Shown: piece by piece, positions 27,105 through 32,536 of the stretch | How positions within the stretch are numbered: position 1 is the first letter of the stretch | Layout of the letters: each line of letters starts with the position of its first letter | Origin: a virus | Taxonomy: Duplodnaviria > Caudoviricetes | Length of the DNA: 32,536 bases | Virus record (IMG/VR): IMGVR_UViG_3300020403_000048 | Coordinates: 1 to 32,536 of that record | Strand: one strand, 5' to 3' | Notes under the pieces: generated by a model | What the model was told of the DNA's origin: nothing | Database searches by the model: none | Seen by the model: the letters and a program-made list of their open reading frames with translations, nothing else | Position numbers and translations under genes: made by a program

Positions 27105-30100
27105 ATGTCTCAAAACAATGATATCTCAATAATAAATCAATCAATAAATGATGCAGGCTTTTCAGGAGACACCGGGCTTTTTAGTGTTACATTAGGCGTT
27201 AATTCAAATAAGTTTAGTATTTTTAGTCAAATCGATGTTGAAAACATATGCAATTATAAGATAGAAGCAAATAACAATGTATATAGTGACGCAAATATTC
27301 TTTTAACAAACCTCTTCAATAGCGACGACTCAAAAGAAAGTTTTTTAGAAGAATGCCAGTTAAACATCAATCAAATTAAACAAAACATAAGCATTATTAC
27401 AGAAAACATTGATTATTTACAAAACTACTTTAATAACAAAAGCTTAGTAAAAGAGTTTTACAATATATTTTTTCTAAACAAGTCTAGTAAGTATTTTGGA
27501 AAGTTTTCAAATTACATAATAAAAAACATAATAAATAGCGATCAAAGTTTTCCTGGTTACGTCGAAGATAGTTATTTCAATAAAGATCAAATAAACTATT
27601 TTGATTTTGTCGACTATAGTCTTGTTAACAATAAAATAAAGGACTTGTTTTATTATGACGTTAGACAAAATAATGTTATAAGTAGCAATTTTAATGTTGA
27701 AACTTTTGTTTGTCAAAATTTTTTAAATTTAGCTCAAAGTTTATCAACACTATCAACCGGTATTGTTTCAAAATATCTAAAAATAGATAATAATAATTTT
27801 GTCAGTTTAGACGGACAAGACAATAATATTTGTGAAACTGTTGATTCAAGTGATATTAATTACTTTAATTACATTTCAGAAGGTGACTTTGTTTTTGATA
27901 ATATTAACTTTAAACTGCAAGAAATAGATACAAAAGAAATTTTTGCTGAGTCATATCCAGTTATTGGTTGGCAAAATTTAGGTGGCAAAATTGATATATC
28001 TAGCTTTTCAAATAGAGCTACATTTAACTATGAAAATATACTAAAAGTTAATGCGAAAAGACTAACGCCTATATACAGTAAGTTTTATAGAGCAAATTCT
28101 AGTTATAACTTTGAAAATAATGTTACTAGTATAAACTTTAATAATTTTGACGTTGTTTACAAAGATGCAATTGAGCAAATTGATAGAGGACTGAAAAATA
28201 TTAGAGATGTTAATCTTAACAATATATCTTCATTAGGTTACTTTGAGTTTAACAGGTATTTAATAAATCAATCTTTTTTAAATGATAGCAATATTTATAG
28301 TACTGACTTTGAACTTTCAAGAGATTTGTTTGCTGATGTTTTGTTTGCTTTTGACAATAATAACCAGGAGTTTTATTTAAGAAATAAAATTGACTCTGCA
28401 ATAAATCAAAACGAAGATGGTAATAACTTAAATATGACAAATTGCATTGCATTGCAAGCTTTAAATAGAAATTTGTCAAAAAATATTGGAATGATTTACA
28501 TTAATAATGAGTTAAGTACAAGAACAGTAATACCTTCTCAACCTACAACTTCTAATAAAATGTTAGGTAAAGAAAACTCTGTCGAAGTTAAAAACTTTGA
28601 TAGAAATTTTAGTTTTTGTGAAAATGTTGTTGACTATTCAATTAAAATTGATGCTTTAGTTAAAAAAATAAAAAACGCTTCTTTAAAAGATAAAAATGTT
28701 GACTTAAGCACCTTTAAAGAAATACTAACAAATATCAAGAATAAAAAAACAAACTCAAAAATCGTAGCTTATACGTCTTCAGATGTTAGCAATATTCAAC
28801 TTGCAAAAAACGATGAAAATCTTCAAAAAATAATATCAACTAAAGTAGATGACACGTTTTATTCTAATTTCTCTCTTGTCACTAAAGAAAATAATTTTAC
28901 TAATCTTCAAAGTCTTGTTGAAAAAGTGTATGATGAAGTTGAAAACAGTGATGTTGAATTAGAAAATAATAAATTAAATAGCTTAATTAAAAATTATTAC
29001 TTAGGCAAGTATTTTAAAACGTCTTCAGGCTTTCTAAGAAACATATTAGAAGATATTACTGGAGAGTCTGTATTAGCAAATGATGATGTTCTTTTTTCAG
29101 AAAAAGTACTAAATCAATATTTGTATTTAAGCTATTTTTTAAATTCTAGTAACAAAGACGTTAAAGATGTTATTATTAAAAGATTTGTAGAAAAAGCAAT
29201 TACAAAATTTGCAAACTGTAGTTCTACTATAAAAAATACTTCAAGATTTAATTTTGATGTTGAAAGTTTAAAATTAAATGACTATGAAGAAGATATTGTT
29301 GGAAGTGAAGTTACAAACTTTCCTGAAAATAAAAGAAATCAAATTTCTTCTTACTTTAGTGACTTAGAAGATACAAATGAAGACTATAAAAAAATAAGTA
29401 ACAGTGTATTTTCTCAAGAAAACTTTGACAGAATATCATCACAGTTTAATTACAAAAAAGTTGACAATATTAAAGTTTCACTAGACATTCAATCTGCTTT
29501 TGTTAACAAAGTAAATGTAGAAAATAACATAAGCAAAATTAGTATTCATGAGATAGAAACATATTCTACTTTCAGGAACATTATTAGAGAAACACTTCAA
29601 GAAAATAAATTTAGTATAACTTTTGATTCATTAAGCAGTTTTTTGCCTTTATTTTATACAAAAAATAAAAAGTTTATAAATGAGCAGCAAAAAACAGGAG
29701 TCAAAGCTTTAGAAAATAAAATTGAAGTTGAAAGATATGATAGAAATCAAATAACTTTTCAAAATGATCTAGAAATAGAAAACTTAGAAAAACATACAAA
29801 AATTAGCAAGTTTATTTATACAGGCAAATTTAAGGTAAACAGTAGAAACAATAAAGAATTTGTAGACTTTTTTGATAGAATAATTGATAATGATTTTCAA
29901 TTTAAATCTGAAGATTATGTTTTTTCAAAAATAATAGAAGTAATTTTTGATTTAATGAAAATTGTTAAAAAGGATATTGTTGAAGAAAAATTTGAAAGTT
30001 ATGAAGATGTTGAAAAGTTTTTAGATGACAATAAACAAATTTTAGATCTTTCTTACGAAGCTATAGAAATATACGCAAAATTTTATGACTATTATGTTAA

Positions 30101-31757
30101 AAAATTACATCATGAAACTGCAATTAAATTTTTATCTTACGACTTAGCTTTTGCAGACAATGTTGATGTTGCTCAAACAGAATATAGTATTTTTGGTTTA
30201 ATTCCTACAAATAGCATTAATAGTAAAAAAGAAAGAGCACCTAAAAGCATAAGAAATGCTTTCTTAGAATCAAAAAATAATTCTCTGAAAACAAAAGACC
30301 ATCTTGTTAATGTTTTAAGCGAAAATTCAATTAACGAGATGTTTAGAGACCTTACCAGGATTAAAGATAATTTAAGCAGTTATGAAAACATTAAACCTTT
30401 AATTGATAATATAGATAGCGAAAAAAGCAAAGCTGTAAATCAAATAGAGAATATATCGACAATTCTAATGAACTCAGATGTTTATCAAGCGATAAACTTT
30501 GATATCATTAAGTTTATACTTAATTTTTACAAATATAATATTTCAGAAATTAATTCAAGTGAAATAAATAATTTGTTTTTGCAAATAAGCAATATTGATA
30601 CTAGAAAGCTTTCAAGTAACTTATTTAATACTTTTTACTTAAATAAAATGTATGAAAACTTGAGTTATAATGAAATGTTATCTAGCTTGTTTTTAGAAAA
30701 TATTTTTAACTCAACAACTGCAAGAGATTTTTTTAACGGAAATAACTTTCTTCAAACATTAAACAGAATCGAAAATCACAACTATGAGTCACTTTTAAAC
30801 TCAGAAGTTTCTAACTCAGTTTTAAACGGCGACTTATATAATATTAATTTAAATCTAGAAGAAGTCAGCGCTATTAGCAAAGAAAACTTTATTAAAGTAA
30901 AAATTAATATTGTTGATCATAATAGACTTGACAGAATATTTTTACCAAAAATATTGTTATTCTCACCTTTAATTTTTGATCCTTTAGAAGTTTCTTTACT
31001 TAGTAATAGTTTGTTAGGCTATTATAATGTATCACATAGCGAAGACAAAAACTTTGAATATTATAATGATCGTGAGAGTATATTTGCGAATGAGTATTTA
31101 AATTTTGTTATCAATAACAAGATTAACGAAAATAACTTGACAGAAAACGTATCTAGTTCTGAAACGAATCAAGAAATTATTTTTAGATATCTTGAAGATT
31201 GTCATATAAAAAGTAATGTTATTAATAAAATTATGTATACATTGCATAGTTTAAATTTAAATAATAAAAATACAATACCTGACATTAGCCAGAGTACATT
31301 TAATAAAATAGCAAATTTATCTGAGGAAAAGTTTATTGATTTATTTGAGTTAGATAAAAATAACATTGAAAACATTTTTTCTAACAATAACAACGGAAGC
31401 TATACAGTTAATTTAAGTGAAAAAAGTTATAGTATGTTAAAGCTAGTTGACGGAATAAACAAAATATCAAGCAAAGAATTTTTAAAAAATTTGCTAAATT
31501 TGAATGATTATATGAATATTAATTTTGAGATAATACCTGAAGATTTTGTCTATCTTGTTCAAAGTAACGTTAACGACCAAACTGAGTCTAATATACAAAA
31601 TGTTACTGGAAATTACCAATTAAGTTCTATTGAAAAAATTACATGTATTTTAGAAAATATTGACTTAGACTATTTAAGCTCTAACAATATTTATAAAGTT
31701 ACTAATTCTAGTGCCATAGATAATTATAGCATATTTATAGATATTGAGGTTATATAA
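27105..31757 (+). CDS. Very large Asn-rich hypothetical protein (1550 aa)
   Basis: 4.6-kb open frame with AGGTGA RBS at 27095-27100. No motif recognised. Confidence 0.75.
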   Translation: MSQNNDISIINQSINDAGFSGDTGLFSVTLGVNSNKFSIFSQIDVENICNYKIEANNNVYSDANILLTNLFNSDDSKESFLEECQLNINQIKQNISIITENIDYLQNYFNNKSLVKEFYNIFFLNKSSKYFGKFSNYIIKNIINSDQSFPGYVEDSYFNKDQINYFDFVDYSLVNNKIKDLFYYDVRQNNVISSNFNVETFVCQNFLNLAQSLSTLSTGIVSKYLKIDNNNFVSLDGQDNNICETVDSSDINYFNYISEGDFVFDNINFKLQEIDTKEIFAESYPVIGWQNLGGKIDISSFSNRATFNYENILKVNAKRLTPIYSKFYRANSSYNFENNVTSINFNNFDVVYKDAIEQIDRGLKNIRDVNLNNISSLGYFEFNRYLINQSFLNDSNIYSTDFELSRDLFADVLFAFDNNNQEFYLRNKIDSAINQNEDGNNLNMTNCIALQALNRNLSKNIGMIYINNELSTRTVIPSQPTTSNKMLGKENSVEVKNFDRNFSFCENVVDYSIKIDALVKKIKNASLKDKNVDLSTFKEILTNIKNKKTNSKIVAYTSSDVSNIQLAKNDENLQKIISTKVDDTFYSNFSLVTKENNFTNLQSLVEKVYDEVENSDVELENNKLNSLIKNYYLGKYFKTSSGFLRNILEDITGESVLANDDVLFSEKVLNQYLYLSYFLNSSNKDVKDVIIKRFVEKAITKFANCSSTIKNTSRFNFDVESLKLNDYEEDIVGSEVTNFPENKRNQISSYFSDLEDTNEDYKKISNSVFSQENFDRISSQFNYKKVDNIKVSLDIQSAFVNKVNVENNISKISIHEIETYSTFRNIIRETLQENKFSITFDSLSSFLPLFYTKNKKFINEQQKTGVKALENKIEVERYDRNQITFQNDLEIENLEKHTKISKFIYTGKFKVNSRNNKEFVDFFDRIIDNDFQFKSEDYVFSKIIEVIFDLMKIVKKDIVEEKFESYEDVEKFLDDNKQILDLSYEAIEIYAKFYDYYVKKLHHETAIKFLSYDLAFADNVDVAQTEYSIFGLIPTNSINSKKERAPKSIRNAFLESKNNSLKTKDHLVNVLSENSINEMFRDLTRIKDNLSSYENIKPLIDNIDSEKSKAVNQIENISTILMNSDVYQAINFDIIKFILNFYKYNISEINSSEINNLFLQISNIDTRKLSSNLFNTFYLNKMYENLSYNEMLSSLFLENIFNSTTARDFFNGNNFLQTLNRIENHNYESLLNSEVSNSVLNGDLYNINLNLEEVSAISKENFIKVKINIVDHNRLDRIFLPKILLFSPLIFDPLEVSLLSNSLLGYYNVSHSEDKNFEYYNDRESIFANEYLNFVINNKINENNLTENVSSSETNQEIIFRYLEDCHIKSNVINKIMYTLHSLNLNNKNTIPDISQSTFNKIANLSEEKFIDLFELDKNNIENIFSNNNNGSYTVNLSEKSYSMLKLVDGINKISSKEFLKNLLNLNDYMNINFEIIPEDFVYLVQSNVNDQTESNIQNVTGNYQLSSIEKITCILENIDLDYLSSNNIYKVTNSSAIDNYSIFIDIEVI

Positions 31758-32536
31758 TGAATTTTTACAATTTTTGTAATTTTAATAGCAATATTACATT
31801 ACAGAGCAGATTTAACTACAATTTCTATGAAAAAAGTGAGACTTTAACTGGTGACGATAGTATTGAAAAAAGCAATATCTATAATTCAAAAGAAATAGAA
31901 GTATCAATAAGTTATAAGGCAGGATATGATAAAAATAATGTATTTCTTAGAAATTATGTTGAAAGCTTAAATTTAGAATATTTAAAAAGTCTAAACAATA
32001 CGGCACTTAATAGACAACAAATGTCTTTTATTAACAATCTTAGAGAAAAAAACTACTACTTAAAAAAGAATTTTTCTTTAGACGAAGACAAGATAACGAA
32101 TTATAACAATACGTTCAGTGTTAATGTTGAAAATTTTGGTGAGTCTTTTAGTAAAAATATTCTTGATAGCAAAAAAATGTATATCAATAGAGAAAAAATA
32201 AGTCTTGTTAGAGAAAAAAATAAAAACAATATCTTCTTTAACAACGATTCGTTAGAAGATAATGATGATTATTATGAAAATACTGATGCAATAAGAAGAA
32301 ACGTAAAAGACAAAAGCAATTTTTTAGACAGTATGATTTCTTATAGCGAAAAGACAATATTTTCAGATGCATCTGTCTATTTTTATCATGTTGGAATGTT
32401 AGTTTTAAAATATAAAAAAATCAATGAAGAGTATAGAGTAGTTGCTAATAAGTTTTTTTTAAACAATCGAATAAATGACAGACAATATAGGAGTACTTCA
32501 AGTTATTCTTTTAAAGATACAGCAATTAAATATGGA
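31757..32536 (+). CDS. Hypothetical protein, 3'-truncated by window edge (absent from supplied ORF track)
   Basis: ATG 31757 overlaps the upstream TAA (TAATG), with GAGGT at 31746-31750. Manual translation MNFYNFCNFNSNITLQSRFNYNFYEKSE...YSFKDTAIKYG is open for 260 codons to the end of the window. Confidence 0.8.
   Translation, partial: MNFYNFCNFNSNITLQSRFNYNFYEKSETLTGDDSIEKSNIYNSKEIEVSISYKAGYDKNNVFLRNYVESLNLEYLKSLNNTALNRQQMSFINNLREKNYYLKKNFSLDEDKITNYNNTFSVNVENFGESFSKNILDSKKMYINREKISLVREKNKNNIFFNNDSLEDNDDYYENTDAIRRNVKDKSNFLDSMISYSEKTIFSDASVYFYHVGMLVLKYKKINEEYRVVANKFFLNNRINDRQYRSTSSYSFKDTAIKYG

Noticed and set aside
208-31393. All minus-strand ORFs in the track, plus the alternate-frame + strand ORF 10442..10627
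   Set aside because: They are short (61-137 aa), lie within or across long + strand genes, and have shadow-like composition with no motifs.
17164-31757. Inteins or introns explaining the very long ORFs
   Set aside because: No intein C1/HN-C motifs or LAGLIDADG/HNH signatures were noticed, and the frames are uninterrupted.
1-32536. Alternative genetic code (stop-codon reassignment) as in some large phages
   Set aside because: Long ORFs tile the window under the standard code, and TAA, TAG (5792, 7591) and TGA (3204, 4382, 5417, 15675, 24016) all end genes at sensible junctions.

Overview
AT-rich, gene-dense segment (hand-counted 180-nt samples 18-46% GC, mostly low 20s) with 18 CDS on the + strand. 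Genes are nearly abutting, with ATGA/TAATG overlaps, and use the standard code (TAA, TAG and TGA all act as stops). It reads as part of a large myovirus-like (contractile-tailed) phage genome. Gene order: 3' end of a Gly/Thr-rich tail-fibre-like gene; Cas4/AddB-like 4-Cys PD-(D/E)XK nuclease; two tandem GT-B (GT4-like) glycosyltransferases; small membrane protein; phage sigma-like factor; small helical protein; then a ~27 kb baseplate/structural block (spike-like, gp25-like, gp6/baseplate-J-like, DNRLRE-like, gp7-like with two LamG-like domains, and several very large Asn-rich ORFs I cannot assign). The most notable observations are a perfect hairpin that hides the nuclease RBS and has a TATAAT in its loop, a nuclease + double glycosyltransferase + sigma cassette inside the virion genes, and reused, nested protein modules across the baseplate genes. 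No RNA genes, CRISPR array or transposase were seen. All family calls come from motif recognition by eye; no searches were run.
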